The position numbers were made by a program, and so were the translations under genes. Below, one piece after another: positions 25,416-37,659 of a stretch of 64,000 bases of DNA. The stretch is from Eledone cirrhosa. Lineage: Eukaryota. Each line of letters starts with the position of its first letter. Positions within the stretch are counted from its first letter, which is position 1. The stretch spans positions 48,236,001 through 48,300,000 of the forward strand of contig OZ024747.1 in NCBI GenBank assembly GCA_964016885.1, in the 5' to 3' direction. The notes below the pieces were generated by a model. The model saw only the letters and a list, made by a program, of their open reading frames with translations, searched no databases and had not been told where the DNA came from.

Positions 25416-26190
25416 ATAAACACAGATATATACATATATGTGTTCAAATCGTAAGGAACCAGATTCGCTAGGGTGGAAAAAAACTAACCATGAACAATAG
25501 GGTTTGCTAGACTCAATTTAAATGAATCAAGAAAAGAAATACAAACCGATATTGGGGCAACTGCCAGACACCCAGCTTTTGGTAATGCTGTTTCGCAGTT
25601 TTAGTGAAGGGAGTTACCAATTCTTTTGCTCATCAGTGGGTGTAAAATTAGTAAACCCTTCACTCCTAAGTATCTCAGAAGACTGAATAGTGTGCATATA
25701 AAAAGTAATGCACATGGCATCAGAACCTAGCATGTCTCATAAACGTATAGTACTAAAAATAGCAGCCAAGTTTACTCGACATTTAAATTAGCTCTACAAA
25801 TTCAAGGAGCCGAATATATCAAAGGTATATATTGAGTTAGAAACTCAATACAGTCTCTTACAATTAAATAGCTCAAGGAAAGAGATTTTTCCAGGCCGTG
25901 TAATATAAACACAGATATATACATGTATGTATTCAAATCGTAAGGGACCAGATTCGCTAGGGGGAAAAAAATACTAACTATGAACAATAGGGTTTGCCAG
26001 ACTGAATTTAAAAGAATCAAGAAAAGAAATACAAACCGATATTGGGGCAACTGCCAGACACCCAGACAGCTTTTGGTAATGTTGTTTCGCAGTTTTAGTG
26101 AAGGGAATTACCAATTCTTTTGCTCATCAGTGGGTGTAAAATTAGTAAACCTATTTTGAGTTTCTAACTCAATATATACCTTTGATATAT
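25416..26190 (-). mobile_element. Retrozyme/PLE-like element: two ~240-bp direct repeats each with a hammerhead, plus a short inverted piece
   Basis: Repeats ~25416-25657 and ~25904-26151; cores 494 bp apart; 26152-26190 is inverted relative to ~25814-25850. Confidence 0.78.
26058..26137 (-). ncRNA. Type I hammerhead ribozyme, intact core
   Basis: ACACCCA CTGATGA GCA..TGC GAAA CAAC ATTACCAAAA GCTG TC^ TGGGTGT; the sister copy 25568-25643 lacks 4 nt at the cleavage site. Confidence 0.85.
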
Positions 26191-26245
26191 ATATATATGT
26201 ATATAAGTTATTCCAGGTTGAATCGGAGGTAACCACAGGAGGTAA

Positions 26246-26285
<40 letters not shown>

Positions 26286-26464
26286 ATGCTTTGGGAGGGT
26301 CATGTTGCCAATAAGAAACACACGCACCAGTTGCTTTCACTTCAATTTATTATAAATTAAATTTATAAACAGCGATGTATTCATGAATGTATGTATAGTA
26401 TATTTGGTAATATACTGCATGTTTAATTAAAAACATTTTGAAGACCTTGCGCTTTTATTTTAAA

Positions 26465-26504
26465 GCTGACAGATCTGTTTCACACTGTTGGTGTTCCTCA
26501 GAGC
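26465..26504 (-). ncRNA. Minimal hammerhead inside a fold-back (arms ~26371-26465 and ~26562-26657)
   Basis: GCT CTGAGGA ACAC CAACA GTGT GAAA CAGATCTG TC^ AGC; palindromic stem III. Confidence 0.78.
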
Positions 26505-26790
26505 AGCGTACTCCCCGACATCTGCCGTGGTGAAAAAAAGAAGTAAGTCTCATCGTCACTACTTTAAAATAAAAGCGCAAGGTCTTCAAAATGTTTTTAA
26601 TTAAACATACAGTATATTACCAAATATACTATACATACATTCATGTATACATAGCTATTTCAGAGCACCAATTCTAATATATATATATATATATATATTT
26701 ATTATTATTATGTAATAAACAACATAAGGCAATTATTTCCATTTACCATATGGATTCTAGAATCCATATTCAATAAACAAACCAGGATTT

Positions 26791-26848
26791 TTCATTCTGA
26801 GGATTGAAAGCAAAACCTTTTGCTTTTAAGAAACCACTGGTAAATGGA
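26791..26848 (+). ncRNA. Type I hammerhead inside a fold-back (arms ~26701-26748 and ~26838-26884)
   Basis: TTCATT CTGAGGA TTGAAAGCAAAA CC TTTTGCTTTTAA GAAA CCACTGG TA^ AATGGA. Confidence 0.8.
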
Positions 26849-26948
26849 ATAATTGCCTTATGTTGTTTATTACATAATAATAATAATTAAGCTCTGTTGC
26901 TTACATAGAGCACTCTTTTTTCCTGGACTTTTCCGATGGAATTACTTC

Positions 26949-27024
<76 letters not shown>

Positions 27025-27094
27025 TATATTTATATATATTGTATGCATATATAAATATGTATGAATATACACTTGTATACAGTTGTGAGTATAT

Positions 27095-27166
<72 letters not shown>

Positions 27167-27596
27167 GTATACAGATTTTGAGTTGTATGTTTGTATATTT
27201 ATAAAACCATGTCAACCCAATTGTTTTTTTTTTTTTTTTTTGTTACCTATCTACCTACCTACATAAATATATACATACATACATACATACATACATACAT
27301 ACATACATACATACATACAATAACATCTATACCTGCACACACATGCATGCAGACATATCTACCTAGTTGATGTTGTGTAAATTCCAATGAGAGAGTCTTG
27401 TATCTCTGTTAGAAACCGACTCTCTCTCTATTGGCAAAAAATTTGTGAAATTATAAAACCAGAAGAACATATATATACATACATATCTACATACATACAT
27501 ACATACATATATACATATGTGCATACATACATACATACTGGTTGATAAGCATGTTTCCAGCTGGCACTTTCGATCGTAGTGCAGAATTATGTCAAA

Positions 27597-27981
27597 TCTC
27601 CTTATAATATATAACCAGCAATTTCTCTGTCTGTCTGTCCGACAGTGGAAACACGTGCGAATGTTTTTTGCGCACGCGTAGAGAGAGAGAGAGTGAGAGA
27701 GAGAGAGAGAGTGAATAGACGCTAAAACACGTGCGCGCGTGCGAATGTTTTTTGCGCACGCGTAGAGAGAGAGAGTGAGAGTGAAAGAAAGAGACAGACT
27801 ACAAGAAGGGGATAGTGGGAGGGAGAGAGGGGGAATTGAGGAATGCTACAGAAACATATATACATTTCTGTGTGTATGTAATATATATATATATACACAC
27901 ACAGAAATATATATACATTTCTGTGTGTGTAATATATATATATACTAGCAGAAAACCGCCTACCGGGTGGTTTTCTGCTAG
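27597..27981 (+). mobile_element. Non-autonomous Helitron-like element
   Basis: A^TCTCCTTATAATATATA...CTGTCTGTCTGTCC 5' end; hairpin plus CTAG^T 3' end. Confidence 0.6.
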
Positions 27982-28298
27982 TCTCTATATATAAAAGCAA
28001 GTCGGTCTGTGTGTGTGTGTGTCTGTCTGTCTGTGTACAAATACTAGGCTCCTTTTAACTTTTGAAGTACTAGGCCGATTTCAACCAAATTTGGCACACA
28101 TGTTGCTTATATGCCAGAGCAGGTTTTGGACAAAAACAAATTTGAAAAAAAAATCGATATTGGGGCTGAAAAATCAATTTTGTGTGTGTATCTGTCTGTG
28201 TACAACTACTAGGCTCCTTTTAACTTTTGAAGTACTAGGCCGTTACGGACAAACAGGCTGTCATTCATTTCCCGAGCAACGCCGGGTACATCTGCTAG
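27982..28298 (+). mobile_element. Non-autonomous Helitron-like element, tandem to the previous one
   Basis: TCTCTATATATAAAAG 5' end; CCCGAGCAACGCCGGG hairpin then CTAG^T. Confidence 0.75.
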
Positions 28299-28399
28299 TT
28301 GTTAATATAAATACTTACCTTTTACATGATGTGTTGATTGCTCTTTTTTTTCGTTTGTACTCACACCTGTTCAATAACCAGAAAGATTGGCCTAATTCA

Positions 28400-29310
28400 A
28401 TCGGACTCCAGTTACGCCGTTATCAGTTGGTTTCGCCACATCAATAATAAAGCAGCCTGCAGATTCACCTAGTTATTTGATATCGTGGCCTTTTATCCTT
28501 CCATATGGAAACCCCTCCTACTCAAAGCCTCAGATTTTGGAAAACAATTCACTAGGGTCATCAACCTCGATATCAGAATTATTCTGAACGCCAGGAAGCC
28601 ACAGGTATTCCAAGGTCATTCATTCTGTAAAAAAGGTGAGTCGCTGTTCGACGTATCTATGGGATCTGACGTCGGGGCTGAGGTCGCTGACCCCCCCCCC
28701 CCGGGAAACAAATGCACCCTCATAGCCCAGCCCTGTACTGAGACGACGGCCTGGTAATCTCAAGCCATATGAATAGCTTCACCTTGGATAAGTTTAAAAA
28801 AGATCTTACGGAGATCTTTAAGAGTTCGGTCTAAACGTTAGTCATCGTCAACCTGACCAAGGTCGACTTTCTGGATCATCATTCTCACCTCAAAATTGGA
28901 AAACACAATTCATCTAGCAGGTCTAATGTGGAAACCGTTTCCTTGAAGAGAAACCCTTACATTACCAGACGGTTTCCAGAGGAACTATTCGAGCCTGAGA
29001 GCCAATGAAATCATGGGCAAATTTATCCATCACATACACTCACTGAACTGTAGTATCAGGGAGAAATCCACCTCCTTGTCCTGTTTCATATGGAGTCTCC
29101 GTGACCAAGGGCAAAACAACCTCAGCAACAAATGAAGAATTCTTGACAAAATCCCGCAACCCCATAGTATCCCGAAGTCTGCAAAATTCAACTCTGCTTC
29201 CGTAAGACATTGCATATACTACAGCAACCTACGCTATTCATCACCAGAGAAGCCCTCTATTAACCAACTTCATACCATTGGTCTCGTATACCGCACAAAG
29301 TCCATCCTAG
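28400..29310 (+). mobile_element. Penelope-like element RT and GIY-YIG relic (Naiad-like)
   Basis: FYPSI...IILNARK...KKG..LFDVSMGSDVGAEVAD RT segment; EKSTSLSCFIWSLRD endonuclease-region motif near 29070; heavily decayed. Confidence 0.72.
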
Positions 29311-30047
29311 TTCCACCAGACTCACGTGTGTGGGGCGGGGAAGACAGTTCAAACCAATTCGCCTACCATGAAAATACCAGCATCACACTTACCAAAAATC
29401 ACCACAAACATCAACGTCGCTGGATTCTACTGAGATGAATGATGCCACCGAGACGCAAACCTTCTCGTACTGTCGATGATTATCAACACCACCATATGAC
29501 TTGAAGCAACCAATAGAGGCCCTGAGCTGCATGGTTCCAAACTCAATTCTAGATTACTCACTCCTAAGCAGTGATTAACGGCAACAGAATAATTCAATGA
29601 ATGAAACGTCGTCACCTTATTTCGTTTCTCTTTGAAGTGCAAAGCCTTAGGTGGATTTTGCCTCAAGGTCCCAGTAAACAGGATTGTGAAAGCGTTACAC
29701 CGAAGGTTAGCAAATGAGATGCGCTGAAGGAGTCAGTCCAACTCGCAGGGCTCACATATTTAATACGATTGTTAAAGGTTTCACATTGAATATATTGTTT
29801 TGTGAAATTTATTAAATGTAGGAAACATTTGTTGAAGTTGTAGAAGAATTCCAATTTGGGCTTCTGGCCAGCTCATGATATAAGGGGGAACAATAAACAA
29901 ATAAACAATCTATTTAATAACTCCCTATACCCCACCCACCACATATGGCTCAGTGATTAAATATAAAAGACTTCCGAATCCAATACGTCCCTGAGGAATC
30001 AACATGTTAGGTAAGGTTATTTAGATGCACAACCTCGCTCTCCCCTC

Positions 30048-30081
<34 letters not shown>

Positions 30082-30095
30082 TGTATATATATATA

Positions 30096-30191
<96 letters not shown>

Positions 30192-31055
30192 TCAGAAATG
30201 ACTTCTACAGTTATGCTAAGTCGATAACACCCTTCTCAATTCCATTTTAGTGAATACAATTCTTTAGGATCTCATTTGGTGTTGGATAGAGTCACTTACC
30301 AACTTGAAAATCATTCTGTTTATTTATTTTTAACATTCTTTAGCAGTAAATATATAGCATAACATATACAGAATATATAAAGGTTTTTCCTTTCTCTGCC
30401 TCAACTAACTACTTGTTCTGTCTCTCTGAAGAACAAAACTTCAGTTGGATGTTACTTCATAGTCCCAGGCCAAAGAAGGAGATAGACTGAAAGTGTTACA
30501 CCAACTTGCGAGGCTCATTCTTGAGAGTGGCCAACTCCGTCTTGATCGCAGTATATAGGAATGTACTTCTGGAAAACAGGACATCAGACGTTTCTAAGTT
30601 TTCGTAAACTGTTTTCATTTCAACTAATCAACTGTTGATATGTCAACGAGTTCACAATTACTTACAATTGTCAATTTTTTTGTCTTTCATGTTTAATATT
30701 TGAATAAATATGAAACAAAGATACTTCACACAGAAATGTATTTCTAAAACACAACAACATTTAATGTCAAGCATCCATCAACTGTGCTTATTTTGACAAC
30801 ATTGAAGATTTGTTCGATTTTAACACAATTGTTAATATCATCAGTATTCTGCACCTGTAAATCACCAATACCCGAATCAAAGAACGTTTCCAATTTTACA
30901 TATTTTTATGTTATTTACATAAAATGAGTAAATCTTAAAAATACACTTTCAGAAATCTTATCAAGATCATTAACTTTGAACTTGCCTTAATATATTTTCT
31001 AATTCTTCATAATTATTATGGTTTGTATTTGAAGTTAAACTCATCTTTTCAGAGT

Positions 31056-33529
31056 TATAACAGGACACTGGGTTGTATGTACAATATTTATTTACGAAGA
31101 TTGAGCTGAGTAGAGCTGAATAGCTGACATGCCAAGAGAGATGAAACAATGAATTAAGGAATTCAGGAGGCACGGTCTACTGGCGGAAATGTTGCCAAGC
31201 CGTGGTTAAGTTGCTGTGTTACATGTTGGCTAGTGATTTCACGACGAAAGAAAGTTAGTTGTTTACCTTTTCACAGTCAGGCAGCGAGAGAGCAAGAGGT
31301 CTTTACATTACCATGTTCAGGTTGCAAGAGAGTATACCTTCGGCGGAACGCGCCTGGCCGAAGGCCAGCAGCCAAAAGTTGAAAAAAGAGGAAGATAGCT
31401 TCAGCTCTCTCCTTTATAGTTCCCTGGACGGAAGTCACAAAGAAGGCTCTGCAACCTCAACGGGAAGTAACTCCAGCTACTTCCTGTCTAGAGAACGCTA
31501 CAAGACGAGAAGTCGAATGACCAAATGAAATCATTGTAGCGAGAACACGAGGAGCAAGGCAAAAGGTACAAGAACATAAATGAACAAAACATGAGCAAGT
31601 AAATAGCAAAATGAGCATGCAAAAATTAATGATAGATATCAAGGTAGCCAACCGCTCTTGGCCAGAGAACATCTATCTATCCATCAGACAAAGATACAAT
31701 GTAATCAACCTAAAAGAAGAGGTCAAAGGAGTAAAGAAACGTGCTCGAAGATAGTTATTTAAAAAAAGTTCAAATGTCAAAAATAATGTCAACAGGTATG
31801 TAAGCACATGACAGCAGGAAAGAGAGTGTGTCCTCCAGAGAATGTATGCAGGTGGTTTCTGGACTGTGGTACAACGTGAAATTCCCAACCTCACAGGAAG
31901 AGTGCTGCAAAAATAAATTCTCTGTGTCTTGTTCTGCTGGTTTTGGTTGTTGATAAAGCAAAGATGAAGCTGTGTTGTTGTTGTCTCGCGGAGTGAGATA
32001 GCCTATTGGAAGTTGTTTCAATTCACAGTAAAAAGTTTCCCAGAAAAAATGAGTTGCTCAAAGTGCTAGAAATAACAGCCAAAATTGATGGTCGATGTTG
32101 AGAACCTGTTGACCTGGATGGGTCAAGAGGCCAGCGACCATAGAAATAAGTATTCTGAATAAATGCGCAGTTTTCAACGGCAAATTTACGTGGTAAATTT
32201 TTAAACCGGCAAATAGGAGAATATAGCTTAAGGCTGGAGAATCCTTGGCAAGAAACATTATCTATAGCGTGTGTTATCTCAGTGAGTCGAGATGTGTGCT
32301 CCCACACACGTGCCGAAACAAGGTTAAAGTCAAGTTGAATAAAAAAAAAAATTTCTATTGCGCGAGAAAATGATAGTGGAACAGGTCGTTGGCAGCCATT
32401 TTGAAAAATTTGTGTGTGAACGTGATAATATGATGAAAAAGAAGGAAAAGCTATATTCACTTTGTATAACAAATATGGCGAGAGTTCAATTTTTTTGTGA
32501 AAGTGATGAAAAAGTAGCGAAAAAGGCTTAGTTGAATGAATAAGCGAGCTGTGATGTTCATCAAAATTGACATGTTGAATACAGGAGTCCAAGTCTTTTT
32601 GAGTGTTCGTTGTGAGAAGAACGAAGGATATATCCAGTGAGTGAAACACATTTAAACGATGTAAGCACGTGAGGCGAAGAGTAATTTTTTTTCTTGTTTG
32701 TTTGCTCCTGAGAAAAAGATTACTTCTATTTTTCGTTGTAGACAGTTTCGGAGAAAAATATCCATGTGGAATGTTGTTAGAGGAACTTTTTCTTTTTGAA
32801 ATACTGTTAATTAATTTTCTTTTTTCCATATTCACACAACACCGAATCCTATTATTTTTTCTCGGGGTCACCAATTATAACAGGACACTGGGTTGTATGT
32901 ACAATATTTATTTACGAAGATTTAGCTGAGTAGAGCTGAATAGCTGACATGCCAAGAGAGATGAAACAATGAATTAAGGAATTCAGGAGGCACGGTCTAC
33001 TGGCGGAAATGTTGCCAGGCCGAGGTTAAGTTGTTGTGTTACATGTTGGCTAGTGATTTCATGACGAAAGAAAGTTAGTTGTTTACCTTTTCACAGTCAG
33101 GCAGCGAGAGAGCAAGAGGTCTTTACATTACCATGTTCAGGTTGCAAGAGTGTATACCTTCGGCGGAACGCGCCTGGCCGAAGGCCAGCAGCCAGGAGGC
33201 ACGGTCTACTGGCGGAAATGTTGCCAGCTCGTGGTTAAGTTGTTGTGTTACATGTTGGCTAGTGATTTCACGACGAAAGAAAGTTAGTTGTTTACCTTTT
33301 CACAGTCAGGCAGCGAGAGCAAGAGGTCTTTACATTACCATGTTCAGGTTGTAAGAGAGTATACCTTCGGCGGAACGCGCCTGGCCGAAGGCCAGCAGCC
33401 AAAAGGTGAAAAGAGAGGAAGATAGCTTCAGCTCTCTCCTTTATAGTTCCCTGGACGAAAGTCACAAAGAAGGTTCTGCAACCTCAACGGGAAGTAACTC
33501 CAGCTACTTCCTGTCTAGAGAGCGCTACA
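31056..33529 (-). mobile_element. Non-autonomous LTR retrotransposon (Gypsy-like PBS)
   Basis: LTRs 31056-31502 and 32876-33529 (the latter with an internal duplication); TSD GAGT at 31052-31055 and 33530-33533; PBS TGGTGACCCCGA (tRNA-Trp 3' end) at 32862-32873; TATAAA and AATAAA on minus strand. Confidence 0.85.
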
Positions 33530-33856
33530 GAGTTCATAAAAAATATAAAACGCGCGTGGGATCAGTTTTTTTATGAAGTTAGTTATCTCCAAAGTTAATT
33601 TCATTTAAAATATATTTATGGAAGTGTTCACGTCTCTTACGTTTCTTATTGCAACATCTGCTAAAAATGGCAATTTTCATAACCATTTCTAGACTTCAAG
33701 ACTTCAAATATAGATTCTGATCTTTTCTGCCATTAAAAAAAGAAAGACAACTTTTGATATGTGGCAAAACTGTCGATGTACTGCTTGTTGATGTATTATG
33801 GAGCAGTAAACAACTCTTATGAATTTTATTGAAGTAATATTTACCTCTACAACAAC

Positions 33857-33911
<55 letters not shown>

Positions 33912-34140
33912 TAGCTGTCGAAACGGCCGGAACTCAGCCGTCGGTGTTTCGACTCTTTTCCTATATATATATATATATATACGGCAACACTCATCTTTTT
34001 CCATTTCTCCGAGGGTTATAAACCCCACTAGAAATTTCTTTAGTCTAAAATACGGTGAAAACTTATAATTTCTAATTTCTAATTTCAAACTCGCGCACCG
34101 TTTCAAAAACATACTTACATGTTTACGTTTATAATTTGCT

Positions 34141-34171
<31 letters not shown>

Positions 34172-34209
34172 TTACGAGGTTTTTGATATGAAATCGTATG
34201 TCGAAACAA

Positions 34210-34483
34210 ATATTGTTATACTTGGGGAGGGTCATATAACCACTGACGATGTTGCAGATGTGCAACGAAAGAACTTTGTTAGACTATATATATGTGTTTG
34301 TGTCTATATTGTATCTGTATTTTTGACCGTTGGTCAGTCAATGGTAACATTGAGGACCGAATAAATTAAATTAACCGATATAAAAGACACAGAAGCGAAA
34401 ACCAACCAAACAGTGAGTGTGTTCTGTTATTAATTTTGGCAATATTATTACACAAATATGACCCTCCCCAAGTATAACAATAT
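34210..34483 (+). mobile_element. PLE pLTR-like element with 28-bp terminal inverted repeat and hammerhead-like core
   Basis: IR 34210-34237/34456-34483; CTGACGA T GTTGCA GATG TGCAAC GAAA GAACTT at 34243-34276. Confidence 0.6.
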
Positions 34484-34764
34484 ATATACTCTATACTATT
34501 CCGTCTGTCCCCTCACCTCCTGATTCCTCTCTCTCTATACTAGTAAATACAATTCCAAATAAATGTTTTTCTCTATATATTAAGAATTATTTCAAGAGTA
34601 ACTTACTATTTTGAAAATTTGGACTGTGAACAACAATTATAATTGAGTGGCTGCTATTTGCAGTATAGCAATATAAGGTTGCACTTACCAATGAAACGGT
34701 CGTAAATACCTGGATAAAATCCTTCTCTTAATGCTTACCTGTGTTTTCTCTTTTATATATATAT

Positions 34765-35250
34765 ATATTGTTATACTTTGGGAGGGTCATGTTGCCAATA
34801 AGAAACACACGCACCAGTTGCTTTCACTTCAATTTAATTTATTAAATATTTATAAGTTTACAAATTTATAAATTTATAAATTTCTGGTTGGTTGGTTGGT
34901 TCCACAACCAGATAGTTGTTTATATATATATAGTCATAGTTCTTTCGTCACACACTCTGTGACCTCTTCAGTGACTGGGGATTTCTTTCTTCGTTTCTGT
35001 GCCTTTCCTTTCTTCTATCCTACGCCATTTTCTATTTTATCAGAAAAAGAGGTCACAGAGTGTGTGACGAAAGAACTATGACTATATATATATAAACAAC
35101 TATCTGGTTGTGGAACCAACCAACCAACCAGAAATTTATAAATTTATAAATTTGTAAACTTATAAATATTTAATAAATTAAATTGAAGTGAAAGCAACTG
35201 GTGCGTGTATTTCTTATTGGCAACATGACCCTCCCAAAGTATAACAATAT
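34765..35250. mobile_element. Long fold-back PLE pLTR-like element with hammerhead (34932-34976, minus)
   Basis: ~204-bp near-perfect arms 34765-34968/35047-35250; AGTCA CTGAAGA G GTCACA GAGTG TGTGAC GAAA GAAC TA^ TGACT; partial copy at 26281-26370. Confidence 0.8.
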
Positions 35251-35642
35251 CGGTTTCAACACACGATTTCAGATAAAGAATCTTGCTAAACAAATTCAGA
35301 AACGAAATATATATATATATATATATAAAAAAAGTAAACAGAAATAACAACACAATCGGTACAGTATATGGAAGGAATATATTAAGTTAACGCTTGAAAT
35401 AGCAGGAAGATTGTCATAACGTTTCGGACAATAGTCCTTCATCACAAGAAAGAATGAGAAATTAGATAGATTGAAGGTACGGACGGGGTGGAATTGGAAA
35501 AAATGTTTTAGATAAAAATAACAGGTCCATTCATGTTGCCATTACTTAGAAAACTGTTGATGCTGGCGTTTTGTGTATGATACATTTTTTTAGAAAAGTG
35601 GATGATGGAGTGCGTCTACCTGAAATGGAAAAAAAAACCGTT

Positions 35643-35718
<76 letters not shown>

Positions 35719-35744
35719 TACATACATACATGCATACATACATA

Positions 35745-36046
35745 CGACGAGTGTTTCAGTTGATCCGATCAACGGAACAGAGTGTTCGTGAAATTAACGT
35801 TCAAGTGGCTGAGCATTCTACAGACACACCTGTACTTAACGTAGTTCTCAGGAGAGTCAGCGTGACACAGAATGTGACAAGGCTGGCGCTTCGATCAACA
35901 GGTACAACTCATCTTTGCCAGCTGACTGAGTGAACTGGAGCAACGTGAAATAAAGTTTCCTGCTCAACATAACGCACCACCGGGAATCGAACTCACAACC
36001 TAACGATTGTGAGCCGAATACCCTAACCACAAAGCCACGCGCCTTC
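35745..36046 (-). mobile_element. tRNA-derived SINE
   Basis: GGCGCGTGGCTTTGTGGTTAGGG...GAGTTCGATTCCC A/B boxes; (TATG)n tail. Confidence 0.82.
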
Positions 36047-36149
36047 ACATTAATTTATTCATACATACATACATGCATGCATGCATGCATGCATACATAC
36101 ATACATATACATGAATTTATACATTCATACATAAATACATACATATTTT

Positions 36150-37405
36150 TCTGATAAAATAGAATATCACAGGGGTATATTTCAACGAGAGTCTCTCGGT
36201 CATTAAAACTCTTATACTTTCTGCTCAAGAAATGTGAAGGATACATAATTGGCTCACAGGAGGACAGAAATACGAACTTAACCCATAATCCTTTTATGGA
36301 TGACTTGAAACTTTATGTCAAGAACATAAAGAGGATGAAGAAAAATCTTTCCTGGTTACAACGATTAAGAAAAATATGGTCATCAGAACTCTCTGCGCAC
36401 AACGTGTTTGCTGTGCCTGTTCTAACACCAACGTTTGGAATCCTCAATTGGACGATAGACGAAATCCAAGCAATTGATGTTAAAACCCGAAAAATCCTAA
36501 ACCACACCGGAAAGTTCTATATCAACAGTAACACAGACCGCCTTTACATTGAAACGTAAGCAGGGAGGCGGAGGCCTAACATCAGTCCAGACAGTATTTG
36601 AGTGTCGCATCCCTCCGACAACATTTACGAACCTCCAAGCATAGGAGCCCATCTATTGAACAACTCTGTCCGCATGATAAGTTCATATGAATTAGGAAGG
36701 AAATCCTTGAAAGACACAGTAATACCGCAGTGAATCAATGAATGAAAGATTACATGCTTATCAGCAAAAAATCATGCATGGATATGTTGCCAGGAAGCTC
36801 CAGAGTGGGAGTAATATAGATAAGTAAAGTAGTCTATCTTGGACCAACAACCGCTATATTGGCTCCGACTTTGAAGGATATGCATTTGCAATCCAAGAAC
36901 AGGAAATCAACACGAAATACCTGATTCACAAAAGAGATAGGGATGCAAGTAAAACACCTAGGTGTGACAACAAATGCAGATTCTGCAGAATTAACATTGA
37001 AGATATCACCGATGTCATAAGCAGCTGTCCAAAGATGTCATCGCGGTACTATCTACATATGAGGCAGAGTGTAGTTGCCAATTTACTATACAATGCAATC
37101 CGTAGAAAAAAGATAGCCCGACAATAAACATATAAAACGTTACAGCAAAGTGGAAGGCATACACATACATAATATGAAAGAGTACCTGTGGAATGTTCCA
37201 GTAAAAACTCCAATAAAATGCAGGCATAACAGACAAGATATAATTATATGGGATAGGGGAAAGAAGGCATGCACAGTAGTGGAAGTTAGCTGCCCAGCAG
37301 ATGCCAATATAATATCAAAGAGTAGTGAAAAGGAGAATATTTATGCAAAACTGATGAGAAATCTGCAGATATTCCACCCTGATTACACCTTCAGATTTAT
37401 GCCTG
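36150..37405 (+). mobile_element. R4/Dong-like RLE LINE fragment, same family as 22760-25105
   Basis: MDDLKLY, VLTPTFGILNW, KCRHNRQDIIIWD..VEVSCPAD; internal deletions. Confidence 0.85.
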
Positions 37406-37429
37406 TGCGCGCCCCAGACGATGGACATT

Positions 37430-37600
37430 CCAGCACTCTGCGCTACGCAGAAAATGCACATGCTTGATACCCTGCACGTCGTGTTTCTTCACAAGAACAT
37501 AGTCGATCAGATGTCACACTTTCTACCCAGGGTGCATCCATGTTGTCTTGTCCTTTTGCTGGAACATCATGCTTGCAATGAACAAATCTAACTCCACACA
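37430..37600 (-). mobile_element. RTE/BovB-type AP endonuclease fragment
   Basis: Reverse translation KDKTTWMHPG*KV*HLIDYVLV...RSAECW. Confidence 0.6.
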
Positions 37601-37659
37601 CATCTGTAGCAAGAGGAGAATGTCAGATATGATGGACCCATAAAGAAGAAGCGAACCAG

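Noticed and set aside
35410-35445. Hammerhead-like TGATGA A GGAC..GTCC GAAA CG TT on minus strand
   Set aside because: C3 and the 5' strand of stem I are missing; counted only as a truncated relic
35960-36046. tRNA-like sequence
   Set aside because: SINE head with A/B boxes continuing into a SINE body; no complete cloverleaf
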